Below, one piece after another: positions 63,801 to 64,000 of a DNA stretch of 64,000 nt; the stretch's first letter is position 1; each line of letters opens with the position of its first letter. The stretch is taken from NCBI GenBank assembly GCA_964247055.1, contig OZ176054.1, positions 4,092,001-4,156,000 on the forward strand, given 5' to 3'. The notes under the pieces were generated by a model, which searched no databases, was not told where the DNA came from, and saw only the letters and a list, made by a program, of their open reading frames with translations. Both the position numbers and the translations under genes were made by a program. Origin of the DNA: Paragordius varius (lineage: Eukaryota > Animalia > Nematomorpha).

Positions 63801-64000
63801 AATCAAAGTTCGTGGCGATTCGAACATTTAAAGAATTTCTAAATTTCCACACTGCAGTCCAAATATGCTAGAAAAATCTAAAATATCAGACATAAAAATT
63901 ACTATAACTTTTGCGAGTAAAAAAATTTAAAACTTGAATTTTTATAGTCTATTGAATCTAATAAAAATATTATGATTTCAAAACCGTATTAGCTCTAACT

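Noticed and set aside
1-64000. tRNA, rRNA or prokaryotic operon features
   Set aside because: None were recognised; all identifiable genes are spliced eukaryotic genes or transposon genes.

Overview
Very AT-rich eukaryotic DNA, almost certainly animal, read with the standard genetic code. Five intron-containing housekeeping genes were reconstructed by hand: the 3' end of PRPF38B (+), a complete TRMT11 (-), a SA/STAG cohesin subunit (+, C-terminus uncertain), a calcium-channel alpha2/delta subunit (+, alpha2delta-3/4-like) and LUC7 (+). Intron sizes are bimodal: 25 host-gene introns of only 21-31 nt, concentrated at gene 5' ends, coexist with introns of up to ~5 kb filled with transposons. Start codons are only 35 bp apart head-to-head and stop codons 27 bp apart tail-to-tail. 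This architecture recalls reduced parasites such as dicyemids, orthonectids or myxozoans; that is inference and the taxon is not established. Mobile DNA includes three RTE-clade LINE families, a 3.9-kb foldback element, a smaller inverted-repeat element, hAT derivatives, a mariner relic and a cluster of three broken Harbinger elements. The clearest highlight is an intact 3.6-kb RTE with a perfect 16-bp target-site duplication whose 5' end falls exactly at the cleavage site of a compact 59-nt HDV-like ribozyme, and whose ORF carries a PHD finger after the RT core. All coordinates and alignments were derived by eye; no searches were run.
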